Of a stretch of 64,000 nucleotides of DNA, positions 36,971-46,983 are shown piece by piece. The stretch covers positions 386 to 64,385 of the forward strand of contig CAZYJD010000004.1 in assembly GCA_964647785.1 (NCBI GenBank), read 5' to 3'. The translations under genes and the position numbers were made by a program. Origin of the DNA: an uncultured Chitinophagaceae bacterium. Its GTDB lineage: Bacteria > Bacteroidota > Bacteroidia > NS11-12g > UBA9320. Below the pieces are notes generated by a model, which was not told the origin of the DNA, did no database searches, and saw nothing but the letters and a program-made list of their open reading frames with translations. Position 1 is the stretch's first letter. The number at the start of each line of letters is the position of its first letter.

Positions 36971-37056
36971 GGAATGATTGGGTAAATCGGACGTAAAAAT
37001 GACATTTTTATCCTATTTACACAATTTATCCACAAAAAAATATTTCAAGTTGCTGA

Positions 37057-37842
37057 TCAGTTGGTCTGAAAGGTCAACAACGGAAAGCCAAGAAGTGCTT
37101 GCAGGCTCATCAAGATAAATGAAGCACTGTACAAGTAAACCGCCCACTGCAATCCCTGTTTTCGATAAGGGAGGGGCAAGAAGGCCAACAAGAGTGGGAA
37201 AAACAGTATGGCGTGGAGTCCCATGAAATGCATCACCCGCAAATCACCAGCCACAGTACTCCAGTTGAGAAAGGGCAAGCCCGGACCTCCATCATCAACC
37301 CCGATGGAATGTTTCTGCATGGCTGACATAGCGCCCCCGCCCAAGCATGCAAGCAAGGCCAGAATCAGTGCGGCAGAAATGCCTCGTTTTTTGGTATCAT
37401 CCATATCGGGCTTGGTTTTTCTTATGTCGAGCAATAAGAAAAGCAGATAGAGGGTGTTCACAAAGATGGCAATGCTTAACAAGCTGAAGATGGCAATACT
37501 CCAAGGATTTGATGTGTTGAAATGAGATTGCTCTCCGCGGATGGCCTGAAAACTGATGAGTAAGTTCTGCACCCAAATTGCGGCCAAAAATACCCTTGCA
37601 TAAGTCTGTTGCTTATTGGCATGGGCTTCCTTGATGTAATAGGGAATGCTGATGATGAAAAGTGATGAGCTGAACCAGAACTTGGCAGGCTTCAGCCACA
37701 CATTGATGCCCATGAGTTCCCGACCATCAATATTCATCAGCACCATGCAGGTGATACCTTGCAAAAAGAACAGTGCCGCCGAGAGAATGATCAACGGAAA
37801 GGAACGGCGTGATCGCTCAAGATATGATAGAAGCCTTTTCAA
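37057..37842 (-). CDS. multi-pass membrane protein, hypothetical
   Basis: About seven predicted TM helices; no motif recognised. Confidence 0.4.
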   Translation of the reverse strand: MKRLLSYLERSRRSFPLIILSAALFFLQGITCMVLMNIDGRELMGINVWLKPAKFWFSSSLFIISIPYYIKEAHANKQQTYARVFLAAIWVQNLLISFQAIRGEQSHFNTSNPWSIAIFSLLSIAIFVNTLYLLFLLLDIRKTKPDMDDTKKRGISAALILALLACLGGGAMSAMQKHSIGVDDGGPGLPFLNWSTVAGDLRVMHFMGLHAILFFPLLLAFLPLPYRKQGLQWAVYLYSASFILMSLQALLGFPLLTFQTN

Positions 37843-38251
37843 GTTTACCCTGGAATAATCTTACGGAATAATAGGCCAATAGACCCAAGGGGCCTAACAT
37901 GAAGGAGAGCAGTAGCACCAGCACCCTGGCGGCGACTGGCACTTTGTTTTTCATGCATTGTTGCAGCAGAAAACTTCCAACCAGCAGATCGAATGCCAGA
38001 TAATGAGTCCAACCTGCAAGCAGTGCCTCTTCAGAATTAAACAATGACCGGAGCCCTTTCAGGCTTCCCATGCTTTGCAGGTCGATGCTGCTTCCACCGA
38101 TAAAAATCAAATAAGCCAATGAAAGACCCAATGGAAAAATGGGATGCTTCAGAAGAAAAAGCGTAGGACGCCGAGCAGGAAAAAAAATCATCAAAAACCA
38201 TTGTGGCAGAACAACAGCATTCACGATCATAAAGATCATATCATATTGCAC
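37817..38251 (-). CDS. DUF4281 (ABA4-like) membrane protein
   Basis: The GW.HYLAFDLLVG block and four TM helices resemble the ABA4-like family. Confidence 0.4.
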   Translation of the reverse strand: MQYDMIFMIVNAVVLPQWFLMIFFPARRPTLFLLKHPIFPLGLSLAYLIFIGGSSIDLQSMGSLKGLRSLFNSEEALLAGWTHYLAFDLLVGSFLLQQCMKNKVPVAARVLVLLLSFMLGPLGLLAYYSVRLFQGKLEKASIIS

Positions 38252-38354
38252 GGCACAAATATGCCCATGAAGGCAGCGCGCAATGATGACCTAAATCAAT
38301 CAACAAGCTGATTTAAGTCAAGAACCATTTTGATGATAATTGGTTATTTTTTAA

Positions 38355-38582
38355 GTGGAGAATATTCGATTCCCTGTGGTGTTTACCACGCTTGCACTTT
38401 TTGCGTATGCTTTGTTGGCTCAGATCAATGTTCCCATACAAATCATGTGGGCTTTCTTCATTGCAGGTCCCTTTCTTGTTGCCTGGATGGTTTATCGGGT
38501 ACTGAAAGATGGGGTGCCGAGTAAAAGGGAATTTGATGAACACTTTTACGACGATCACGACTATCGCCGCAACATTGATTGA
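38355..38582 (+). CDS. small two-TM membrane protein, hypothetical
   Basis: 75-aa ORF with two hydrophobic helices. Confidence 0.3.
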   Translation: MENIRFPVVFTTLALFAYALLAQINVPIQIMWAFFIAGPFLVAWMVYRVLKDGVPSKREFDEHFYDDHDYRRNID

Positions 38583-38588
38583 GGTGAA

Positions 38589-39305
38589 TTAGAAGTTAGG
38601 GCTCATGCTGTACTTGCTGTAGAATTCGATGATGGCTTCTACTGCTTCATCTGCGGTGTCTACCAACTTGAATAGATACATATCTTCAGGGCTGATGTTG
38701 CTTTCTTTTTCAAGCAGTGTTTTCTCAATCCAATCAACCAGACCTGCCCAGAATTCTTTTCCCACCAGAATCACGGGGAATCGCGCGGTTTTCTTGGTTT
38801 GTACCAGGGTTAGGGCTTCAAACAGTTCGTCGAGGGTTCCAAATCCGCCGGGCAGCACGATAAAACCTTGCGCATATTTTACGAACATCACTTTGCGAAC
38901 GAAGAAAAACTTGAAATCGATGCTTTTATCGCGATCGATGTAAGTGTTTGAACTTTGTTCAAAAGGCAAATTGATGTTGAGCCCCACGCTTTTGCCTCCT
39001 TCGTCTTTAGCGCCGCGGTTTCCCGCTTCCATGATTCCTGGTCCGCCGCCCGTAATGATGCCATATCCGGCTTTGCTTAGGCGGGCAGCTATCTCCCTTG
39101 CCATGTTGTAATAAGGGGTATTGGGCTGTGTTCTGGCCGAACCGAAAATGGAAACGCAGGGCCCAATGCGGGCAAGGCGATCGTAGCCTTCTACAAACTC
39201 GCTCATGACCTTAAAAATATTCCAGCTATCTGAGCTTTTGGTCTCCGGCCAGTTTTTGATTTCAAAGGCCTTTTTAATGCGTTGTTCTTCGTTTTTATTG
39301 GTCAT
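38589..39305 (-). CDS. LOG-family cytokinin-riboside-5'-monophosphate phosphoribohydrolase-like protein
   Basis: Blocks GGGPGIMEA and PGGFGTLDELFE (TIGR00730 family). Confidence 0.8.
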   Translation of the reverse strand: MTNKNEEQRIKKAFEIKNWPETKSSDSWNIFKVMSEFVEGYDRLARIGPCVSIFGSARTQPNTPYYNMAREIAARLSKAGYGIITGGGPGIMEAGNRGAKDEGGKSVGLNINLPFEQSSNTYIDRDKSIDFKFFFVRKVMFVKYAQGFIVLPGGFGTLDELFEALTLVQTKKTARFPVILVGKEFWAGLVDWIEKTLLEKESNISPEDMYLFKLVDTADEAVEAIIEFYSKYSMSPNF

Positions 39306-40777
39306 GGGCGAATGATATCTTCCTCAACGTGCTTCTCTTGCGATTTGTTTTGCGAGAACAGCCAAATGGCAGTAAAAGTGATGATTCCGTTGATGGGCAA
39401 CAACTCAAATCCAACCTGATATCCACCAAAAAGGCTTGGACTGAATTTCTGGATAAGGTAACTGAGAATGGGGGCTGCAATACAAATCCATGGCACTGCC
39501 CGGTCATTGATCTGGTGCGGCATGAGTATACCAAAGAAGAAGAGTCCTAACAAGGGGCCGTAAGTCAATCCCGCTGCCATGAACAACTCCTTGATCACGG
39601 CTCCATTATTGATTTCGCGGAACAACAGAATCACTCCATAAAGAAGAATGGCAAAGCCAATGTGCACCATGGTGCGTATCTTGGTATTGGTTGCTTTTTT
39701 ACTGCCGAATTGTAAAAAGTCGACACAAAAACTGGTGGTCAAAGCCGTAAGTGCAGAGTCGGCACTTGAATAGGCTGCCGCAGTAAGGCCTACGATGAAA
39801 AACAACGCAATCAGTGGGCTGGCATGCTGCAATGCAATGAGCGGAAATAATTCATCGGTTTTTTCAGGAATCTCAATGCCATTACCTCTGGCGTAAGCGT
39901 ACAGAAGAACGCCCAAAGAAAGAAAGATGATGTTTACGGTGATGAATAGAATCATCTGAAGCAAGATGTTTTTTTGGCTGTGTTTCAAAGTGTTAACACT
40001 CAGGTTTTTCTGCATCATATCCTGATCGAGTCCGGTCATACACAAGGCAATGAATCCACCGCCAATGAATTGTTTCCAGAAGTTGTTGGAGCTGTTGGCA
40101 TCGAAATGAAACAATTTCGATTCCGGTTGTTCGCGAATGAATGCCGGTAGGTCTGCAATGCCAATGCCAAGTGATCCGGTGATGTACCATATGGTGGCAA
40201 TCACGGCAGCCACTAAAAATAGGGTCTGAAGAACATCGGTATAAATGATGGTGCCGATGCCGCTTTTAAAGGTGTAGGTAAAAATAAGCAAAATGGTGAG
40301 GGCCACTGCCAGCCAATAGGGCAAGCCCAATGGACTAAAAATGGCAAGCTGCAGCACATTTGCCACCAAGAAGAGACGAAAGCTGGCGCCAATAACCCTT
40401 GAGAGCATGAAAAACGCCGCCCCGGTTTTATAACTCCAGAAGCCAAAACGGTGTTCAAGGTAGGTGTAAATGCTGGTGAGATTCATGCGGTAATACAAAG
40501 GGAGCAGCACCCCTGCAATGACTGCATAGCCCAACATATAGCCCAAAACGGTTTGCATGTAACCAAAGGCCGTACTGCCCACCCAGCCCGGGACTGAGAT
40601 GAACGTAACACCGCTAAGCGATGCCCCTATCATGCCAATGGCTACTAGTGGCCAGGGTGCGTTTCTGTTACCCAGGTAAAAAGTGTCTGTATCCGATTTT
40701 CTTCCACGGAGATAAGATACCAGCAGCAGTAAACCGAAGTAAAGGGCGAGTACCAATATGATTTGGAAAGGACTCAT
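39302..40777 (-). CDS. sodium:solute symporter (SSS family)
   Basis: About 13 TM helices with SSF-typical conservation. The probable start is MSPFQIIL at 40777. Confidence 0.7.
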   Translation of the reverse strand: MSPFQIILVLALYFGLLLLVSYLRGRKSDTDTFYLGNRNAPWPLVAIGMIGASLSGVTFISVPGWVGSTAFGYMQTVLGYMLGYAVIAGVLLPLYYRMNLTSIYTYLEHRFGFWSYKTGAAFFMLSRVIGASFRLFLVANVLQLAIFSPLGLPYWLAVALTILLIFTYTFKSGIGTIIYTDVLQTLFLVAAVIATIWYITGSLGIGIADLPAFIREQPESKLFHFDANSSNNFWKQFIGGGFIALCMTGLDQDMMQKNLSVNTLKHSQKNILLQMILFITVNIIFLSLGVLLYAYARGNGIEIPEKTDELFPLIALQHASPLIALFFIVGLTAAAYSSADSALTALTTSFCVDFLQFGSKKATNTKIRTMVHIGFAILLYGVILLFREINNGAVIKELFMAAGLTYGPLLGLFFFGILMPHQINDRAVPWICIAAPILSYLIQKFSPSLFGGYQVGFELLPINGIITFTAIWLFSQNKSQEKHVEEDIIRP

Positions 40778-40810
40778 AATATTGCGAAATATTAACTTTA
40801 TTCCTGAGCT

Positions 40811-41992
40811 ATGCACACCATTAGAAAAATAGTTATTCGCATTCTGTTTTTTCTCACCCCCTTCTTGGCATCAGGGCAAGCCTTCTTAAATTGGCCCGTT
40901 GAAGGTGAAATGAACCAGGATTATGTGGTGGTAAATTATGTAGACTGGGCGTTCAATGGAATTCAAGATCACAAATGTCTCAGCAAAACCTATGATGGCC
41001 ATCAGGGAACAGATTTCACGCTCATGAGTTTCCCTGAGATGGACAGCGGACATTATGTTTTGGCCGCTGCATCAGGTCGTGTTACCTTCGTTCAGGATGG
41101 GCTCTTCGATCGGGAAAAGGAGTCAGTTGCTGCCAAAGGATTGGGGAACTATATTGCCATATGGCATCCCAATAAATACCATTCATATTACGGACATCTT
41201 AAATCCAACAGCCTTATGGTAGGTGTAGGAGATTCTGTGGAGGCGGGACAAAGAATTGCAATGATTGGGAGCAGCGGCAACAGCACGGATCCACATCTTC
41301 ATTTTGAACTTTGGTATGATAGTCTTTTTGTGGTCGATCCGTTCAGAGGAAATTGCGGAAACCCACAAAGTTTGTGGATCAATGAAGTCGCATATGATAG
41401 TTCTTTTCATCTTTACGAACATGGTATGCTCAACAAGGTTCCTACGATCAATGAATTGAGAGAAAGGGAGTATCAAAAATTTTGTTGCCCCATCGTCTAT
41501 CCTACAAATGAAGATGAGCCTCTGGTGTTATGGGCACAGATGTCAGGTTTGCGCAAAGGAGACCTGTTAACCATTCAGTGGTATGCCCCCAATGACAGCC
41601 TTTGGTTTGAATATGATTTTAATATGGAAAGGGATTGGTGGTATTACTACTTTTGGTCGTATATCAACAATGGTCAGATACCTACTGGTGAATGGACTGT
41701 TTTATTGAAAAGAAATGGTACAGAAATACTCTCACAAGACTTTTTAGTAGGCGGGCCTATGAATCTTGGGCCAGATTTGAGCATGGAGGCTTGTCCCGAT
41801 TTAAAAGCAATCTTGCAAGAAAATTATTACTGGAAAGGAGAGCTGTCATGTTTTGATAGCCAAGGTAAAGAACTTGATCTTTCAAAAGGTCAAACCTTAA
41901 GCGAACTTCCTTCTGGCCTATATTACATCCACTTGAATCAGCTTCAAAACAGAAGAGCCTGTACCTATAAATGGTTGAAGATTGACTACTAA
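40811..41992 (+). CDS. M23-family (LytM-like) metalloendopeptidase with a T9SS C-terminal sorting domain
   Basis: M23 blocks HQGTDF, GNYIAIWH and GSSGNSTDPHLHFEL. The C-terminus LPSGLYYIHL...KWLKIDY is T9SS-CTD-like. Confidence 0.7.
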   Translation: MHTIRKIVIRILFFLTPFLASGQAFLNWPVEGEMNQDYVVVNYVDWAFNGIQDHKCLSKTYDGHQGTDFTLMSFPEMDSGHYVLAAASGRVTFVQDGLFDREKESVAAKGLGNYIAIWHPNKYHSYYGHLKSNSLMVGVGDSVEAGQRIAMIGSSGNSTDPHLHFELWYDSLFVVDPFRGNCGNPQSLWINEVAYDSSFHLYEHGMLNKVPTINELREREYQKFCCPIVYPTNEDEPLVLWAQMSGLRKGDLLTIQWYAPNDSLWFEYDFNMERDWWYYYFWSYINNGQIPTGEWTVLLKRNGTEILSQDFLVGGPMNLGPDLSMEACPDLKAILQENYYWKGELSCFDSQGKELDLSKGQTLSELPSGLYYIHLNQLQNRRACTYKWLKIDY

Positions 41993-42414
41993 CCGTAGTA
42001 CTCCACGTAATTATTTCGGGTTTCGTAGAGTTTAATGCAGTGCAATTCGCAGCCGTGTTCACGAATGGGTGCATCCAGTTGTTTCCAGATGGCCACCACC
42101 AGGTTTTCAATGGAGGCCATTTGGCCCTTCATGAAATCTACATCCAAATTGATGTTGCGGTGGTCTAGCTTGTCAATCACCAGCACGTTGATCAGCTTTT
42201 TTAACTCCTTCAAATCCATCACAAAGCCAGTTTCTGGGCTGGGTTTGCCTTTCACCGTTACATACAAATCAAAATTGTGCCCATGCCAGTACTCATTGGC
42301 GCATTTGCCGAAAACTTCTTCGTTCTGCTCTTTGCTCCAATTGGGATTGTAGAGCTTATGGGCAGCATTGAAATGTTCTTTTCGGGTGATGTATAACAAA
42401 CCGTTGGCGCTCAT
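41989..42414 (-). CDS. queD: 6-carboxy-5,6,7,8-tetrahydropterin synthase
   Basis: Blocks FNAAHKL, C...HGHNF and ELK match QueD/PTPS; the ATG at 42414 gives 141 aa. Confidence 0.75.
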   Translation of the reverse strand: MSANGLLYITRKEHFNAAHKLYNPNWSKEQNEEVFGKCANEYWHGHNFDLYVTVKGKPSPETGFVMDLKELKKLINVLVIDKLDHRNINLDVDFMKGQMASIENLVVAIWKQLDAPIREHGCELHCIKLYETRNNYVEYYG

Positions 42415-42490
42415 TTTTTTGAATCGCGCAAATATACCAATTGCCAAATCCAATTTCCTCTTTTCATTTGGCTGTATCTTTGATGCCGTT

Positions 42491-43468
42491 ATGATGGTAA
42501 TTACCGGAGCTGCAGGCTTCATTGGAAGTTGTTTGGCAGCGCATTTTGCTAAAAAAGGAGTAGAACTTTTGCTGGTCGACGATTTTGGAAATCCCGCCAA
42601 ATGGAACAACCTGCAGGGGCTTGAAGACATAAAAAGAGCCGATCGAAAAGATTATATTCTCGATCCATTGGCCTATGGTGTCCCTGATTGGGTATTACAC
42701 ATCGGTGCCCGAACGGATACGGCAGAAATGAATGTGCAATTGTTCAATGAGCTCAATTTGGATTATTCAAAAGCCATTTGGACCTTCTGTACCGATCACG
42801 AAGTTCCGCTCATATACGCATCTTCTGCCGCAACTTACGGTTCAGGTGAGTTGGGCTTCAGCGATCGTCATGAGCTCATTCCGCAGTTGAAACCCCTCAA
42901 CCCTTATGGGCAGAGCAAACAGGATATGGATGTTTGGGCGCTACAGCAGCCGGAACAACCACCCTTTTGGGCAGGACTGAAATTCTTTAATGTCTTTGGT
43001 CCCAACGAATACCATAAAGGGCGCATGTCTTCGGTTATTTTTCATACCTATCACCAAGTGCGTAAAAACGGCGACATGAAATTGTTTCGCTCCCATCATC
43101 CCGATTTCAAAGATGGCGAACAAAAGCGCGATTTCATCTACGTGCGCGATATCATTCGGCAAGTTGAATTGCTCATGACCGAGCGCCCGGAAAGTGGCAT
43201 CTACAATGCAGGTACAGGAGAAGCAAGAACATTTCTTGATTTGGTGCGCGCGGTGTTTAACGCCTTGAATATTGAACCCCAAATCGATTTCATTGACACC
43301 CCCCTCGACATTCGGGATACATACCAGTACTTTACGGAGGCCGATATGTCGAAATGGAAGAAGATAAGCAATGAAGTTGTGCAATACTCCCTCGAAGAGG
43401 CAATCAATGAATATGTGAGTGAGTTTTTAATTCCTTTGAAATACTATCAGAATTCATCCCTTGTTTAG
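42491..43468 (+). CDS. hldD: ADP-L-glycero-D-manno-heptose 6-epimerase
   Basis: Blocks ITGAAGFIGS, YASSAATYG, FFNVFGPNEYHKGRMSSV, KRDFIYV, YNAGTG and YQYFTEAD match HldD/RfaD. Confidence 0.7.
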   Translation: MMVITGAAGFIGSCLAAHFAKKGVELLLVDDFGNPAKWNNLQGLEDIKRADRKDYILDPLAYGVPDWVLHIGARTDTAEMNVQLFNELNLDYSKAIWTFCTDHEVPLIYASSAATYGSGELGFSDRHELIPQLKPLNPYGQSKQDMDVWALQQPEQPPFWAGLKFFNVFGPNEYHKGRMSSVIFHTYHQVRKNGDMKLFRSHHPDFKDGEQKRDFIYVRDIIRQVELLMTERPESGIYNAGTGEARTFLDLVRAVFNALNIEPQIDFIDTPLDIRDTYQYFTEADMSKWKKISNEVVQYSLEEAINEYVSEFLIPLKYYQNSSLV

Positions 43469-46400
43469 GTACAGATGGCATTGGATTTTTTGGGTGTTAT
43501 CCGTTCTAACGGTCGCCCTGCAGATTCCGCTGAACGAAGCTGTTCAGCGAAAACAGACTCCCCTTAACCTTAAAAACCTGGCTCAGGAAGAACTGAGCGG
43601 ATCGCGAAACAACTGGAAAAGCCTTGAAATAGCAGGTGATAGCATTGTTTCCTGGAACTCCAATCTTTTGATGCCGGATACCTCTGTGCACGCATCTTAC
43701 TTTTTGCAACAAACCCCTACGCATTGGTATGTGGTTGAGCGCTCGAAAGACGAGTACTTTTTCTCGCCTCTGCTGAAAAAAAATGAAGATCATTTTATCA
43801 GTACTTTGAACGGAGAACAATTTCACCTACGAATCCCTAAAGTGCTCCGAGAGCAAGATGTTTTGTTGTCTTCTGAAGCTGCTGAGGTGGAACTGCAATT
43901 GGTAAATCCAGGCAGCAATGCGGCCCTGTTTACTTTTTTTCTGATGATGGGCTTCTTGATCTTGGCACTCTTCCTTTATGGAAGAAAAACTTCAAGTGGT
44001 TCATGGTGGTTTCCCGCGCTGTACATCCCATCGGTATTGATGATTCGATGGCTTTTGTATGTGCGCAAAATTTTCAACCCCATTTTTGAATTGCATTTCT
44101 TCGATCCTGCGGTATATGCAAGCAATTTTCTGTTGCCTTCTTTTGGCGATTTAATGCTCCACATATTTGCCGCATTCATGGTGTTGCAGGCAAGTTCTTC
44201 TGCACTGAAGAAAGCCAACAAACAGGCGCCATTTGTTCTGGTATTGCTGGTCATGATTTTTACGGTAGATCTTTCGGTAGATCTGGTCAAGGGTTTGATA
44301 CTCGATTCCAGCATTTCCTTTGAATTGCTCAACTTTTACAGCCTCGATGCCCTTAGTTTTTTGAGCATGATGTTGTCGCTTGCCTGCTTTGTGCTCTGCT
44401 TTTACTTCGGATATATCTTCACATCGGTTCGTCCGGGCCGATGGAGCCGGTGGTACGTATGGATCATCCTGATTGCGGTGCTCATTTTTTTCTGGCTGTT
44501 TCAGATTTACGACGGCAACAAGCAATGGGATGAGTTGCTGACTTCCACCCTCATTTTTGCAGCGCTTCTGGGGGCAGCCCAACTCGGTCACATGTCGGTC
44601 CGACTGAGATGGTCTCTGGCTTTAAGCATTTCCATTGTGGCGGCATCCTACCTGATTCAGCAGTTTCAGGAGCAGCACGAAAAAGAGCACCTGAAGATTT
44701 ATGCTTCCAAGTTAACCTCCAGCAATGACTTGGAAAGTGAGTACATCCTCCGGCAAATTGAAAATTCGCTGGTGGAAGAATTTCTTGAACCCACCGATTA
44801 TGAACAGTATGCACGCGATCGGGAGCGTTTTGAAAGCCGTTTGCGCCAGCTGTATTTCTCGGGATATCTCGATAAATACGATGTGCAGTTCTTCTCTTTC
44901 GATGCAGATGGAAACAACCTCAATGGCAATGAATTGTATGCCAGAGGGGTGCTCAATGAGGTCTATAATTTTGAGACTTACCCCTCCCTTGGCAACTATT
45001 TTTATCGCATCAAGCACCCTTCAGAATTGAATGGCTACATCGCAAAATTTGAGAATTGCGACCTGGAGGGCTCATTTGGTGAAACATTCATACTGTTGCA
45101 GCCCAAATTCATACAGCGGGCCTACTTTTATCCGCCATTTCTCGGAAATCGGGAAACAAATGGCCCATTTGATTTTGATCAGTATTCCTATGCCGTTTAT
45201 TCTTCCGAAAAATTGGTGCGGCAAAAAGGCGATTATCCTTACCCTCTTCAGTTAAAAGCGGAGCGTTTCAATGGCCAATTTGAAGATCAGAACTGGCATC
45301 ACTTTGTGTCGGTTGAAAATCCATGGACAGTGGTGGTGATCAGCAAGAATTTTGGCAAGTGGTATCAATTGTTTTCTTGGGTTTCTTTCATGTTTATGAT
45401 GTTGCTGGTTTTGCTTGCAGCTTTGCTTGGAATCTGGTTGTTGTTGCGTTGGTTGATGCGATCGATACAACCACACAAGCAATGGTCTTTACCCGAAATC
45501 ACCGGAAATCCAGATCTTTTAAGCAGTCGTATACGCCTGGCCATGGTGTTCATGGCGGTTGCAGGCTTGCTGCTTTCGGTGCTGTTTAACATCAACTTCT
45601 TGAATCGGCAGAATCAGCAAAGGGAAGAACTCTTGTTAACCAATAAGCTGCGTGATGTGGCACTTCAGATGCAAAACCGCTTTGATGTGAGTGGTAAAAT
45701 GCCCAATCAGGAAGACTTATTGGTGGAGATCAATGAGATTGCTGAGGCGCAGAAAACCGACCTCAATGTATTCAACACCCAGGGCGCACTGCTCGCCAGC
45801 ACCAAATCGCCTGTATACGAGCAGGCTTATTTGGCCCCCCTCATGAATGTTACTGCTCTGGAAAAACTTCAGAACGACAATTTGAGCCAATTCATTCACA
45901 CGGAAGAAATTGGCGCCTATGCTTTCGTTGCTGCCTACATGCCGCTTTTTGATGGCAACCGACGGGTAATGGCCTACATCAATGTGCCTTTTTTCTCTGA
46001 AAGCAATGCACTTAAGCGCGAATTGTCAGGATTCATTGCGGCCATCCTCAATATTTATGTGTTGCTCATTCTGCTCTCTTTTGCTTTGGCCACTTTGATC
46101 AGTCGAAGAATTACTCAACCCTTGCTGTTGCTGAAATCAAAACTTTCTGCCATTCGTTTCGGACAGCCCAACGAGACCATTGAATGGAAGCAGCAAGATG
46201 AAATTGGTGAGCTTGTGCGTGAATACAATCACACGCTTATGAAACTGGAGGAAAGCGCAAATCTCTTGGCAAGAAGCGAAAGAGAAGGTGCATGGAAAGA
46301 GATGGCCAAGCAAGTGGCGCATGAAATCAAAAATCCGCTCACGCCCATGAAGCTCAACATCCAGCATCTTCAAAGGGCCTGGAAAGACGGTCACCCCAAA

Positions 46401-46946
46401 CTTGATGAAATGTTCAACAAAGTGACCAGGGTTCTGATTGAGCAAATGGATAGCCTGAGCACGCTGGCCACTGAGTTTTCTTCTTTTGCCAAAATGCCTG
46501 CAGGAAATCCGGGAAAGTGCGATTTGAAAGCCCTCCTGCAGAAAAGCATTATCCTGTATGGCGAAACAGATCGACTGCAGATACACAGCGAATTGCCGAA
46601 TGAAAAGGCAGAAATTTTTGCAGACCCTGAGCAGATGGGACGGGTATTTAGCAACATCATTAAAAATGCTATTCAGTCCATTCCGGAAGGCGATGAGGGG
46701 CGCATTATGGTGCGTTTGCAAAAAGACTCTTCCGGCTGGCTTGTTTCTATTTCCGACAATGGAAGTGGCATTTCACCTGACTTGCAATCGAAAATATTTG
46801 TGCCCAATTTCAGCACCAAAAACAGCGGCATGGGGCTGGGATTAGCCATCTGCAAGAAAATTGTCGACAACAGCCGGGGAGAAATCTGGTTCGAAACCAA
46901 AGAAGGAGAGGGTACAACCTTTTTTGTCAGACTCCCGAAGGGGTAG
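43461..46946 (+). CDS. large multi-TM sensor histidine kinase with no adjacent response regulator
   Basis: At least eight N-terminal TM helices, a ~300-aa extracytoplasmic region, a TM helix, a HAMP-like segment, a HisKA domain (AHEIKNPLTPMKL) and an HATPase_c domain (DNGSGI...GMGLGLAICKKIV). The start is TTG/GTG near 43461-43494. Confidence 0.75.
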   Translation: MFRYRWHWIFWVLSVLTVALQIPLNEAVQRKQTPLNLKNLAQEELSGSRNNWKSLEIAGDSIVSWNSNLLMPDTSVHASYFLQQTPTHWYVVERSKDEYFFSPLLKKNEDHFISTLNGEQFHLRIPKVLREQDVLLSSEAAEVELQLVNPGSNAALFTFFLMMGFLILALFLYGRKTSSGSWWFPALYIPSVLMIRWLLYVRKIFNPIFELHFFDPAVYASNFLLPSFGDLMLHIFAAFMVLQASSSALKKANKQAPFVLVLLVMIFTVDLSVDLVKGLILDSSISFELLNFYSLDALSFLSMMLSLACFVLCFYFGYIFTSVRPGRWSRWYVWIILIAVLIFFWLFQIYDGNKQWDELLTSTLIFAALLGAAQLGHMSVRLRWSLALSISIVAASYLIQQFQEQHEKEHLKIYASKLTSSNDLESEYILRQIENSLVEEFLEPTDYEQYARDRERFESRLRQLYFSGYLDKYDVQFFSFDADGNNLNGNELYARGVLNEVYNFETYPSLGNYFYRIKHPSELNGYIAKFENCDLEGSFGETFILLQPKFIQRAYFYPPFLGNRETNGPFDFDQYSYAVYSSEKLVRQKGDYPYPLQLKAERFNGQFEDQNWHHFVSVENPWTVVVISKNFGKWYQLFSWVSFMFMMLLVLLAALLGIWLLLRWLMRSIQPHKQWSLPEITGNPDLLSSRIRLAMVFMAVAGLLLSVLFNINFLNRQNQQREELLLTNKLRDVALQMQNRFDVSGKMPNQEDLLVEINEIAEAQKTDLNVFNTQGALLASTKSPVYEQAYLAPLMNVTALEKLQNDNLSQFIHTEEIGAYAFVAAYMPLFDGNRRVMAYINVPFFSESNALKRELSGFIAAILNIYVLLILLSFALATLISRRITQPLLLLKSKLSAIRFGQPNETIEWKQQDEIGELVREYNHTLMKLEESANLLARSEREGAWKEMAKQVAHEIKNPLTPMKLNIQHLQRAWKDGHPKLDEMFNKVTRVLIEQMDSLSTLATEFSSFAKMPAGNPGKCDLKALLQKSIILYGETDRLQIHSELPNEKAEIFADPEQMGRVFSNIIKNAIQSIPEGDEGRIMVRLQKDSSGWLVSISDNGSGISPDLQSKIFVPNFSTKNSGMGLGLAICKKIVDNSRGEIWFETKEGEGTTFFVRLPKG

Positions 46947-46983
46947 AGGTGAGACTTGTAGAGGTCATCCGCCTCAGGCGGAA

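Noticed and set aside
37817-37842. 26-nt overlap between the DUF4281 gene and the downstream membrane-protein gene.
   Set aside because: It is probably an artefact of the longest-ORF start choice. An internal Met (MNIDGRELMG...) in the downstream gene gives a non-overlapping start, so it is not evidence of programmed frameshifting.
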